Part shown: piece after piece, positions 30,839 to 39,606 of the stretch
Layout: every line of letters starts with the position of its first letter
How positions within the stretch are numbered: position 1 is the first letter of the stretch
Source of the DNA: an uncultured virus (IMG/VR IMGVR_UViG_3300034272_003223)
Taxonomy: Duplodnaviria > Heunggongvirae > Uroviricota > Caudoviricetes
Reading direction: 5' to 3' (one strand)
IMG/VR virus record: IMGVR_UViG_3300034272_003223
DNA: 64,000 nucleotides
Program-made: the position numbers and the translations under genes
The notes under the pieces: model-generated
Database searches by the model: none
Told to the model about the DNA's origin: nothing
What the model saw: the letters and a program-made list of their open reading frames with translations, nothing else

Positions 30839-32017
30839 ATGACTTATACCAACGAAGAACTTGAATTTATTTTTGCACAAGGAAACGCGAAAGTAAACAA
30901 AGCTGTTAAATTGACTGCTGCTGATAAAAAAGCCGGTGTTAAAATTTTCTGTAAAGAACCGTACGCTCAAGAGATGTACGATCGTTATTTTAGCTCTGAA
31001 GCAGGCCATCCAATGCCAGCTGGAAATAAAGATATTCCAGTAGGAGAAATTAGAACTGTTAGCATTAAGAAAATTGACTTTGCAATGTCAATGGTAGAAA
31101 TGGAAGATGCGTCAACTATGACAAGTATCTTTGTTCCATTTAGAGAATTTTCACAAGAACCTTCTTTAAGTCTTTTAAATGAAGATAAAGATCGTAAATA
31201 CAAAGTTATGATCTATAAATCAAATATGAGCGAGATTCTAGGTTCAGAAAAACGTTGTGCTGCTCTTACTCTTAGAGAAGACGTTGAATACTTTGCTAAA
31301 AATAATAAGTGGTTCTACGTTAAAGTGGTTGAACTTATTAAAGGCGGTTACCTTGCAATCTATAAAAACCAAATCAAATGTTTCCTTCCAGGATCTCATG
31401 CTGCAGCAAACGTAATTAGAGACTTCTCTGAATACTTGCACAAAGAAATTCCAGTTATGGTTGAAAACTTTGATTCAGTTAATAACTTATTCATTGTTTC
31501 ATACAAGAAATACATTAAGGAAACTCTTCCTCAAAAAGTATCTGATCTTTCATTTGGTCAGAAATATACAGGGACTCTTACCAATAATCCATATGATTTT
31601 GGAGTCTTTGTTGAATTCCAAAACTACTATACCGGACTTATACACAAGTCAGATTTTGAAAATGACGCTGCCTTTAGAGAATTTAGTAAAGGCTTACGTT
31701 CAGGCGATCAAATTGACTTCTGGGTTAAAGACGTTGTACAGAAGAAAGGAGATTATCGAATTATACTTACAGTAAATCCGGAATCAATCGATCCAGTTAA
31801 GAAAAGCTGGCAAAGCCTTAAAGATGGCATCGAGGGTCAAACATTAGATTACTCTTATGAAAAGGGTTCTATGAAAATGACTCTACCTGATGAACAAACC
31901 ATCTCTGTTTCAGTTTCATCTCAAGTAATGCAAGGTCATTCAGCCGAAGGCCAGGTATTAATTCAAAAAGTTGATGTCTTGAAGCAAAATTTAGGGTTCG
32001 AGATACTAGGTAATTAA
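30839..32017 (+). CDS. rpsA: ribosomal protein S1-like protein
   Basis: Tandem S1/OB domains: KVVELIKGGY...FLPGSH...FIVSYK and YTGTLTN..DFGVFVEF...TGLIHKSDF. Confidence 0.8.
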   Translation: MTYTNEELEFIFAQGNAKVNKAVKLTAADKKAGVKIFCKEPYAQEMYDRYFSSEAGHPMPAGNKDIPVGEIRTVSIKKIDFAMSMVEMEDASTMTSIFVPFREFSQEPSLSLLNEDKDRKYKVMIYKSNMSEILGSEKRCAALTLREDVEYFAKNNKWFYVKVVELIKGGYLAIYKNQIKCFLPGSHAAANVIRDFSEYLHKEIPVMVENFDSVNNLFIVSYKKYIKETLPQKVSDLSFGQKYTGTLTNNPYDFGVFVEFQNYYTGLIHKSDFENDAAFREFSKGLRSGDQIDFWVKDVVQKKGDYRIILTVNPESIDPVKKSWQSLKDGIEGQTLDYSYEKGSMKMTLPDEQTISVSVSSQVMQGHSAEGQVLIQKVDVLKQNLGFEILGN

Positions 32018-32026
32018 GTATATTAA

Positions 32027-32034
32027 GATAAATA
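32027..32034 (+). promoter_or_regulatory. late-promoter-like box GATAAATA within an AAGATA/TATCTT palindrome
   Basis: Box 7 nt upstream of a short ORF start at 32042. Confidence 0.45.
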
Positions 32035-32041
32035 TCTTTAT

Positions 32042-32182
32042 ATGACACACGGCAAAATTACACCAGATGTTACGTTGAAAGCACGTCAAATTACAGAGAA
32101 TAGCGCAGCTTATCACAAATCAACATCCATTTTTAAAGCCCAACCGAGTCAAACTTTATTCACCTTTAAAAAATTAAATTAA
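32042..32182 (+). CDS. possible 46-aa small protein upstream of nrdB (not in ORF track)
   Basis: ATG...[22 protein letters not shown]...FTFKKLN fills the rpsA-nrdB gap. Confidence 0.35.
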   Translation: MTHGKITPDVTLKARQITENSAAYHKSTSIFKAQPSQTLFTFKKLN

Positions 32183-32187
32183 AAAAA

Positions 32188-33150
32188 ATGGAACCGATTC
32201 TAACTGAGAATCCGAACAGGTTTGTCATCTTCCCTATCCAGCACCATGACCTTTGGGACTTCTACAAAAAGTCTGAAGCGTCTTTCTGGACAGCAGAAGA
32301 AATTGACTTAGCCGCGGATCTAACTGACTGGAGAACTAAACTTAACGACGAAGAGCGTTATTTTATTAAAAATGTTTTAGCTTTCTTTGCCGCATCTGAC
32401 GGTATTGTAAATGAGAACTTGGCTGAGAATTTTGTGAGAGAGGTACAATACCCTGAAGCTAAATTTTTCTATGGCTTTCAAATTATGATGGAGAATATCC
32501 ATTCTGAAACATATTCTCTTCTTATTGATACTTATATTAATGATGAAGAAGAAAAAGCAAAATTATTTAACGCAATTGATACAATCGATGCAGTTAAGAA
32601 AAAAGCGCAATGGGCGCTAAAATGGATTAAGAGCGATTCTTTTGCAGAGCGCCTAATTGCATTTGCCGCAGTTGAAGGTATTTTCTTTTCTGGTTCTTTT
32701 TGTTCAATCTTTTGGTTAAAGAAACGTGGTCTGATGCCAGGTCTAAGCTTCTCAAATGAACTTATTTCAAGAGATGAAGGTATGCATACAGACTTTGCCG
32801 TACACTTACATAATAATCATATTGTAAATAAAGTTTCTGAAGCAAAAATTAAAGAAATTATTCTTTCTGCTTTGGAAATCGAAAAAGAATTCATTACTGA
32901 GTCTCTTCCAGTTAGACTCATCGGTATGAATGCTGATCTAATGAAGCAGTATCTAGAATTTGTTACTGATAGATTGCTTCTTGACTTAGGTTGCAGTAAA
33001 GAGTTTAATGTTCAAAATCCATTTGACTTTATGACTAATATTGCACTTAAAGGAAAAACTAACTTCTTTGAAAAAAGAGTTGGTGAATACCAAAAGGCCG
33101 GCGTAAAATCTGCAATTGTGCAAGATTTTTCTACCGATGAAGATTTTTAA
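32188..33150 (+). CDS. nrdB: ribonucleotide reductase class Ia beta subunit
   Basis: [49 protein letters not shown]. Confidence 0.97.
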   Translation: MEPILTENPNRFVIFPIQHHDLWDFYKKSEASFWTAEEIDLAADLTDWRTKLNDEERYFIKNVLAFFAASDGIVNENLAENFVREVQYPEAKFFYGFQIMMENIHSETYSLLIDTYINDEEEKAKLFNAIDTIDAVKKKAQWALKWIKSDSFAERLIAFAAVEGIFFSGSFCSIFWLKKRGLMPGLSFSNELISRDEGMHTDFAVHLHNNHIVNKVSEAKIKEIILSALEIEKEFITESLPVRLIGMNADLMKQYLEFVTDRLLLDLGCSKEFNVQNPFDFMTNIALKGKTNFFEKRVGEYQKAGVKSAIVQDFSTDEDF

Positions 33151-33168
33151 AAAATAGAGACACAAAAA

Positions 33169-35577
33169 ATGAAGGTTACAAAAAGAGATGGCTCGTTAGA
33201 GACACTAAAACTAGATAAGATCACCAACCGTATTAAAAAACAAACGTACGGTTTAAATTTAGATTTCGTAGATGCCCTAGAAGTTGCAACTAAAGTTGTA
33301 GCTGGTATCTATGATGGAATTACTACAGTTGAACTGGATAATTTAGCAGCTGAAACATCAGCTTCTTTAAATCACGTACATCCAGATTATTCATATCTTG
33401 CCGCTAGAGTCGCAATTACCCGATTGCACAAAACAGTTAGCAAGAAATTTTCAGAAGTAATTGAGGCTTTATACTCATACACTGATCCAAAAACTGGTCT
33501 TCCAGCTGGATTAATTAATGATGATGTAATTAAAGCAGTTCGCAAACACGCAGATATTTTAAATGAATCTATCTTACACGATAGAGATTTTAATTTTGAT
33601 TACTTTGGATTTAAGACTCTAGAAAAGAGTTACCTACTTAAGATTAATGGTCAAACTGCCGAAGCTCCTCAACATATGTACATGAGAGTTGCAGTTGGTA
33701 TTTGGGGAGATGATATTCAAAATGTTCTAAAGACGTACGAACTATTATCTACTCATAAAATGACCCATGCTACTCCTACTCTATTTAATGCTGGAACAAA
33801 AAGACCTCAATTATCTTCTTGTTTCTTATTAACTATGCAGGAAGATTCTATTCAAGGAATTTACAAAACTCTTTCTGATGTTGCAGCAATTTCACAAAAC
33901 GCAGGCGGTATTGGATTAGCGATTCATAATATTAGAGCAACGGGTTCTTATATTAAAGGAACCAACGGTACTTCTAATGGAATTGTTCCAATGCTTAAAG
34001 TATTTAACGAAACTGCTAGATACGTTGATCAAGGTGGTGGAAAACGCAAAGGTTCATTCGCAATTTATCTTGAACCTTGGCACGCTGACGTTGAAGATTG
34101 GTTAGACCTTCGTAAAAACCATGGTAAAGAAGAGCGCAGAGCTAGAGATCTTTTCTTAGCTCTATGGACTCCAGATTTATTTATGGAAAGAGTTGAAGCC
34201 GATGCAGATTGGACTCTATTTTGTCCGGCCGAAATTGGTGTTGAACTTTGGGAAATGCATGGTCAAGAATTTAGAGATAATTACGAAAGACTTGAACGTG
34301 AAGGTAAAGGTCGCCGTACAATAAAAGCAAGAGCTCTTTGGCAAAAAGTATTAGAATCTCAAATTGAAACCGGAACACCTTATATTCTTTATAAAGATGC
34401 GGCCAATGAGAAATCTAACCAAAAAAATCTAGGTACAATTAAGTCTTCTAACTTATGCACTGAGATTATGGAATACACAAGCAAAGACGAACAGGCTGTT
34501 TGTAACTTAGCGTCAATCGCAGTTAATCAATTTATTAAGTTTCCAGAAAAGAGATCTTTAAAACAGCGTAGAGCCCATGCGGAATATGATCACCAAGCCC
34601 TATACGATGTTACATATCAAACTACCTTAAATCTTAATAAAGTAATTGATATTAATTTCTATCCAACTCCAGAGACTAAAGCTTCTAATATGAAGCATCG
34701 TCCAATTGGAATCGGTATTCAAGGAATGGCAGATACTTTTGCAATTTTAGGTTTACCTTTTACATCAGATGAAGCTAAGAAATTAAATGAAGATATTTTT
34801 GAAACAATTTATTTTGCTTCAATGAAAGCTTCAGCTGATCTTTCTAAAAAACTTGGAGCGTACGAATCATTTGAAGGAAGCCCATTAAGTGAAGGTAAAT
34901 TCCAATTTAATCTTTGGGGTTTCGAAGATTCTCAACTTTCAGGCAGATGGGATTGGTCAGCACTTAGAAAACAAGTTATGAAAACTGGTGCTCGTAATTC
35001 TTTATTGTTAGCTCCAATGCCGACTGCATCAACCGCTCAAATCATGGGTAATAATGAAGCGTTTGAAGCATTTACCTCAAACTTGTATACTAGAAGAACG
35101 CTTTCTGGAGAATTTGTTATTGTTAACAAACATCTAGTAAGAGACCTAGTTGAATTAGACCTATGGTCAGATAATTTAAAAAATAAAATTATTACTGAAA
35201 AGGGATCAATTCAAAATATTGCAGAAATCCCAGTTGAAATTAGAGAAATCTATAAAACTGTATGGGAACTAAAGCAAAGAGAAGTAATTGATATGTCAGC
35301 AGATCGTGGTAAATTTATTTGTCAATCACAATCGCTTAACCTTTTTATTAAGGATGCAAATGCTGCAAAATTAACTTCTGCCCATTTCCATTCTTGGAGA
35401 AAGGGCCTTAAAACTGGAATGTATTATTTAAGAACAGAATCTGCAGTTGATGCTATTGCTGGCCTTGGAGTAGACTCTGCTGCACTAAAGCAGTCAACGC
35501 TGTCTGCTGAACAAATCCAAAGTGATCTAGTTTGTTCGCTTGATAATCCAGACGATTGTATTGCCTGTTCTTCTTAA
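33169..35577 (+). CDS. nrdA: ribonucleotide reductase class Ia alpha subunit with ATP cone
   Basis: VTKRDG ATP cone, PQLSSCF, SNLCTEI, VCNLAS, KTGMYYLR, C-terminal CxxC. Confidence 0.97.
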   Translation: MKVTKRDGSLETLKLDKITNRIKKQTYGLNLDFVDALEVATKVVAGIYDGITTVELDNLAAETSASLNHVHPDYSYLAARVAITRLHKTVSKKFSEVIEALYSYTDPKTGLPAGLINDDVIKAVRKHADILNESILHDRDFNFDYFGFKTLEKSYLLKINGQTAEAPQHMYMRVAVGIWGDDIQNVLKTYELLSTHKMTHATPTLFNAGTKRPQLSSCFLLTMQEDSIQGIYKTLSDVAAISQNAGGIGLAIHNIRATGSYIKGTNGTSNGIVPMLKVFNETARYVDQGGGKRKGSFAIYLEPWHADVEDWLDLRKNHGKEERRARDLFLALWTPDLFMERVEADADWTLFCPAEIGVELWEMHGQEFRDNYERLEREGKGRRTIKARALWQKVLESQIETGTPYILYKDAANEKSNQKNLGTIKSSNLCTEIMEYTSKDEQAVCNLASIAVNQFIKFPEKRSLKQRRAHAEYDHQALYDVTYQTTLNLNKVIDINFYPTPETKASNMKHRPIGIGIQGMADTFAILGLPFTSDEAKKLNEDIFETIYFASMKASADLSKKLGAYESFEGSPLSEGKFQFNLWGFEDSQLSGRWDWSALRKQVMKTGARNSLLLAPMPTASTAQIMGNNEAFEAFTSNLYTRRTLSGEFVIVNKHLVRDLVELDLWSDNLKNKIITEKGSIQNIAEIPVEIREIYKTVWELKQREVIDMSADRGKFICQSQSLNLFIKDANAAKLTSAHFHSWRKGLKTGMYYLRTESAVDAIAGLGVDSAALKQSTLSAEQIQSDLVCSLDNPDDCIACSS

Positions 35578-35583
35578 TAAATA
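35575..35583 (+). promoter_or_regulatory. T4-like late promoter (TAATAAATA)
   Basis: Overlaps the nrdA stop, 18 nt upstream of the ATG at 35602. Confidence 0.65.
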
Positions 35584-35601
35584 GAATAAAGACCAATTAT
35601 T

Positions 35602-36036
35602 ATGCTTAAGAACTTTACTTCCTGGTTAACTGAACAAGCCGATCCAATGGCACCAGATGCAGCAATGCCTGTTCCGGGTGAAGCCGGAGCCCCAGCTGCA
35701 GCACCGGGTGAAAAGTCTCAAATTAGAGCAATTTTAATATCTAATCCAATTGGATCAGTCGATAAACCTGGCGACATGACAACTAAACAATATAATGAAT
35801 ATGTTTTAGACATGGACCGAGTTAAAGAATGGATTGAAAAGAATGCAAAAGATTCTTCTCAAGATATATTAGACTATTTAAACGGAAAGGACGTTGATAT
35901 TAAAGATTCACATAAGAAATTTACAGCAGCGGTTCAAGCAAATGAGTTTGGAAAACCTCAAACTGTAATTGATGTAGATTTTACAAAAGATGGAGAACCA
36001 ACAACAAAAGATATTAATTTAATATTTTTAGCATAA
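35602..36036 (+). CDS. hypothetical, probable internal head protein
   Basis: N-terminal MLKNFTSWLTE motif followed by a Pro/Ala linker; late promoter upstream. Confidence 0.55.
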   Translation: MLKNFTSWLTEQADPMAPDAAMPVPGEAGAPAAAPGEKSQIRAILISNPIGSVDKPGDMTTKQYNEYVLDMDRVKEWIEKNAKDSSQDILDYLNGKDVDIKDSHKKFTAAVQANEFGKPQTVIDVDFTKDGEPTTKDINLIFLA

Positions 36037-36698
36037 TGGAGCTTAGTGAAATTTCTCAAAATGTAACGGACGATATCCTTCGATTAATTCAGAAAAATTC
36101 TGGAAAGATCGGAAGATATCGTTCTTTTACTTTAGAATATACTAAGCCTCTTTATTTTGAGTTAACTGTAAATATTAAAGTTACCGAAACTCTATTTGGA
36201 TCAAGAGATTTATATTTTAAGAATATTCCATCTGAGGTTTTAAAATTTGAAAGATTTGGCCATGCAATAGACGGGGACTCCTTTGGTGGAGACTCAGAAG
36301 ATGGGGCCGAAATTGAAATTTCAGTTGCAGTTGATCCAACTCAAATAACTTCACAAAAATTAAAGTCTAGACTACTTGATGTAGTTAGACATGAAATTGA
36401 ACATATTGTTCAGCGAGGCCCAAATTTTTCAGCTGACCATAAAGTTAAAATACCTAGACCAATTACTAGAGAATCTGCAAAGTCAGATTATCGCTATTTT
36501 ATCTTAAGCGATGAAATACCTGCACAAGTTAGAGGACTTGCTGAAGAAGCTCAGCACTCTGGCCAAACAGTTAAAGAATGTGCAATTGAATACTTAACCC
36601 CATTCCTAGAACTAGGATTTATTACCCAGGAGCAAATCAATATTGTTCTCACCACCTGGAAAAACTGGGCAATCCAACATAATATTAAATTCGAGTAA
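36036..36698 (+). CDS. HExxH zincin-like metalloprotein
   Basis: VRHEIEHIVQ plus downstream YFILSDEIPAQVRG (candidate third ligand Glu). Confidence 0.55.
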   Translation: MELSEISQNVTDDILRLIQKNSGKIGRYRSFTLEYTKPLYFELTVNIKVTETLFGSRDLYFKNIPSEVLKFERFGHAIDGDSFGGDSEDGAEIEISVAVDPTQITSQKLKSRLLDVVRHEIEHIVQRGPNFSADHKVKIPRPITRESAKSDYRYFILSDEIPAQVRGLAEEAQHSGQTVKECAIEYLTPFLELGFITQEQINIVLTTWKNWAIQHNIKFE

Positions 36699-36724
36699 AA
36701 CTTTGGCAGTTTATTGGGTAAAAT
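36697..36724 (+). promoter_or_regulatory. putative early/middle promoter AAAAC-N16-GTAAAAT
   Basis: Matches the layout upstream of rpsA. Confidence 0.5.
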
Positions 36725-36756
36725 ATCTATAATAAACTTAAAAAACCAAAGTAACA

Positions 36757-37782
36757 ATGGATTTATTCAATTTAAACACCGACGACTTTACCGCGCCAAA
36801 AGCAGGCACCGCACGCAAAGTAGATGAAAACCTCTACAATCCTGGACCAGATCAAGCTCAAAATGGAGTTTATCGTTCAGTAATCAGATTTATTCCTTGG
36901 ATCGGGGATCCAGCTAAGAGTAAGTACAAAAAGTACTATGCTCGAATGACAAACCCTTTGACTGGTGAAAGATTTACAATCGATTGCCCTTCTTCATTAG
37001 GAAAATCTTCAATCTTATGGACTCTTGATCTAGAGCTTCGTAAATTAGCAAACGAAGAACCAGAAATTGTAAAAGAGATTCAAAAGAATTTCATGAGAGC
37101 TTACAATTATTACTCTCTTGTTTACATTAAGAAAGACCCTCAGTTTCCACAGCTTGAAGGAAAAATTAAAGTGTATAGCTTTGGCTACAACATTGATAAT
37201 TTGATCCAGCAAGAATTGAGTCCAGAAGCAGAATTGATGAACATCAAGAAAATCAATCCTTACTCAATGTTGGAAGGAAAGGACATGGTACTTGTAGTAA
37301 AACGTAAAACTAAGAGCTGGAGAGATTATTCTTCTTCTAAATTTATGTCAGAAACAAGTCCACTAATCCTAAAATTAGATGACGGTCGTGAACTTCCAGT
37401 AAATGGAGAAGAAAAAGTTCAAACCTATGTAAAAGGATTCTTGGAGAAAAATTCTCCAGATCTAGGTCAATACTTCTACAAAGAATGGTCTGACTCAGAT
37501 TATGAAAAGGTTGCAGAATTTATTAAAGCAATTATTCCTCACAAATCTATTCTTGATGCAGTATTAGCAAACACAAGAGATGAGAAAATCAAACCTTACT
37601 TCTCTGCAATTAAGTCTGCTCAACCAGTAAACCGAGTAGTAGCAGACGATTTAGATTTTGCTACACCATCTAAACCAATTTCAACTAATGCATTTGATGA
37701 TTTCGATTCAGCTCCAGCACCAGCTGCTCCAGCTAAGTCTACACCATCTAATGATTTTGATGACTTATTGGCAGATCTTTAA
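36757..37782 (+). CDS. gp32: T4 gp32-like single-stranded DNA-binding protein
   Basis: SVIRFIP, DPQFPQLEGKIKVYSFG, DYSSSKF and acidic C-terminal tail (NDFDDLLADL). Confidence 0.8.
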   Translation: MDLFNLNTDDFTAPKAGTARKVDENLYNPGPDQAQNGVYRSVIRFIPWIGDPAKSKYKKYYARMTNPLTGERFTIDCPSSLGKSSILWTLDLELRKLANEEPEIVKEIQKNFMRAYNYYSLVYIKKDPQFPQLEGKIKVYSFGYNIDNLIQQELSPEAELMNIKKINPYSMLEGKDMVLVVKRKTKSWRDYSSSKFMSETSPLILKLDDGRELPVNGEEKVQTYVKGFLEKNSPDLGQYFYKEWSDSDYEKVAEFIKAIIPHKSILDAVLANTRDEKIKPYFSAIKSAQPVNRVVADDLDFATPSKPISTNAFDDFDSAPAPAAPAKSTPSNDFDDLLADL

Positions 37783-37803
37783 TCTTTAAAATAATTTAAA
37801 TAC

Positions 37804-38118
37804 ATGTCACAAGAACAAGTAAATGCTGAGGCAACTCCTCAACCAGAATTACAGAAGACATATTTGTTATCTACCATTTCTTACACAGATAAGGCAGACT
37901 ACGATAAGTTTTTAGAAAATTTGTCTCCTGAACATGCACTAATAGTGTTAATTTCAGCAGCAAATCATGGACAACTTAAAGGAGCATATAATTTGGATGA
38001 AGCTGAACTTATTGCAAAAGCAATTCGTAAAATTACTCCATCTGCTGCTCAAGAAGAACAACCCGCAGAAGAGGAAGCTCCTAAGAAAGCAAAAACTACT
38101 GCTAAAAAAGCTAAATAA
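37804..38118 (+). CDS. hypothetical protein with Lys/Ala-rich C-terminal tail
   Basis: ORF in operon, TAATG-coupled to RNase H. Confidence 0.6.
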   Translation: MSQEQVNAEATPQPELQKTYLLSTISYTDKADYDKFLENLSPEHALIVLISAANHGQLKGAYNLDEAELIAKAIRKITPSAAQEEQPAEEEAPKKAKTTAKKAK

Positions 38119-39230
38119 TGAATATAGTAATTGATGGAAATGCTTTTCTTAACGTATCCGCTTCTATTGTCAAAAATATGTTACATAATGACAAAAGAAT
38201 TGGCGAAAAGTACTTTGTCAATGATCTATTGGATGACAGCAAGTTTATGCTTAAACAGCAAGCTGCTGTAACATTTAGAAATTTTGTTATCAACTACTTC
38301 AGCTCCATTGTTTCTCCATTTAAGGGAAGCGCTGGAGCTGTTTTTTTCGTTTTTGACTCAAAAAGCTGGAGAAAAGAATATATTAAACAATTCTTTGCAA
38401 CAGAAGAAGACAGAAAAGACGACCAATTTGAATATAAAGGCAATCGAAAATACGATGATAAAATATATCTTTTCTTTGAATTATTTCAAAATGAGATATT
38501 ATCAGACTTAAAGGAAATGGGAGCAGTATCTTCCAGAATACTTGGAGCTGAGGGCGACGACTTAATCGCGCATATCGTTGATAATTTTGAAGGAGATATT
38601 TGTATTTGGTCAGTAGATAAGGATTTAATTCAATTGTTAGAAAGTGGCAAACGCTCAGTTATATTAGTTACACCAAAAATGATGACTAAAAATAAAAGAG
38701 TATTTGTTGCACATAAAAAACAAGAAGAAGCCTCAATTGATATTTTTAATTTTGAATCAGCTGTTGATAATTCTAATATTGATGAACTTCTTAGAGAATT
38801 TACTCAAAGAGATTTTGTTAAATATGAAGTAGACCCAGCCGAAGAGCTTATGTTAAAGATATTAGGTGGAGATCCATCTGATGCAATTCCTAGAGTCCAT
38901 CCAAAGATGACAAAGTCTAAGATTGAAGCAGTAATTTCTAAACTTAAAGAAAATGAAGGAGACTGGTCAATCCTTGTACATAAACTAAGAACCAATGATC
39001 CTTATGTAAAGGATATGATTGTTGAAGCTAGTACAAAAGAGCTTAAATTAACTACCCAAGAGCTACAGGATCAATTCAGAAAGACCTTGGACTTTAATAT
39101 TAAGATTATATGTCTTTCAATAGATCATGTCCCTGCGAAGCTCTCTGGCTCAATACGAGAGTCGTTTGACTTTACCTCTATAAAGAGATTTGACATTAAC
39201 TCATTTAAAAAATATCATTCTACAAAATGA
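38118..39230 (+). CDS. rnh: RNase H / 5'-3' flap exonuclease (T4 rnh-like)
   Basis: IVIDGN, VFDSKSWR, YKGNR, AEGDDLI, SVDKDLIQL, GGDPSDAIP. Confidence 0.88.
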   Translation: MNIVIDGNAFLNVSASIVKNMLHNDKRIGEKYFVNDLLDDSKFMLKQQAAVTFRNFVINYFSSIVSPFKGSAGAVFFVFDSKSWRKEYIKQFFATEEDRKDDQFEYKGNRKYDDKIYLFFELFQNEILSDLKEMGAVSSRILGAEGDDLIAHIVDNFEGDICIWSVDKDLIQLLESGKRSVILVTPKMMTKNKRVFVAHKKQEEASIDIFNFESAVDNSNIDELLREFTQRDFVKYEVDPAEELMLKILGGDPSDAIPRVHPKMTKSKIEAVISKLKENEGDWSILVHKLRTNDPYVKDMIVEASTKELKLTTQELQDQFRKTLDFNIKIICLSIDHVPAKLSGSIRESFDFTSIKRFDINSFKKYHSTK

Positions 39231-39541
39231 ATTCACCAATAATCCCAATTTACGATCGAGTGGTTCTTCAACCAGACGAGCAAAATAAAAAAACTGAAAC
39301 AGGTATTATTCTTCCACCTGACACCAGAAAGCGCTCAAATAGCGGAACTGTTATTGCAGTCGGTAATGGTTTAGAGCGACCTATTCCATTGGAACCAGGA
39401 GATAGAGTAATCTATCAGCGCCATGCAGGTTTAGATATGCAATGGAATGGCGAAAACTATCTAGTAGTTCTTGCCCATGAAATTGTTGCTAAAATTGTAG
39501 CAGACTCTGTTCCAACCTTTGTTGAACCAGGCGAAAGATAA
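39227..39541 (+). CDS. groES: co-chaperonin GroES
   Basis: PIYDRVVL, TETGIILP, GTVIAVGNG, GDRVIY. Confidence 0.9.
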   Translation: MNSPIIPIYDRVVLQPDEQNKKTETGIILPPDTRKRSNSGTVIAVGNGLERPIPLEPGDRVIYQRHAGLDMQWNGENYLVVLAHEIVAKIVADSVPTFVEPGER

Positions 39542-39557
39542 TCTGATTTAACTTCAT

Positions 39558-39586
39558 AAAAAAAGCCGCATTAAGCGGCTTTTCTT
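39558..39586. terminator. bidirectional intrinsic terminator
   Basis: AAAAAAAGCCGC-ATTAA-GCGGCTTTT between convergent groES and sheath genes. Confidence 0.85.
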
Positions 39587-39606
39587 GTTTATTGAGAGTC
39601 TTCTTA

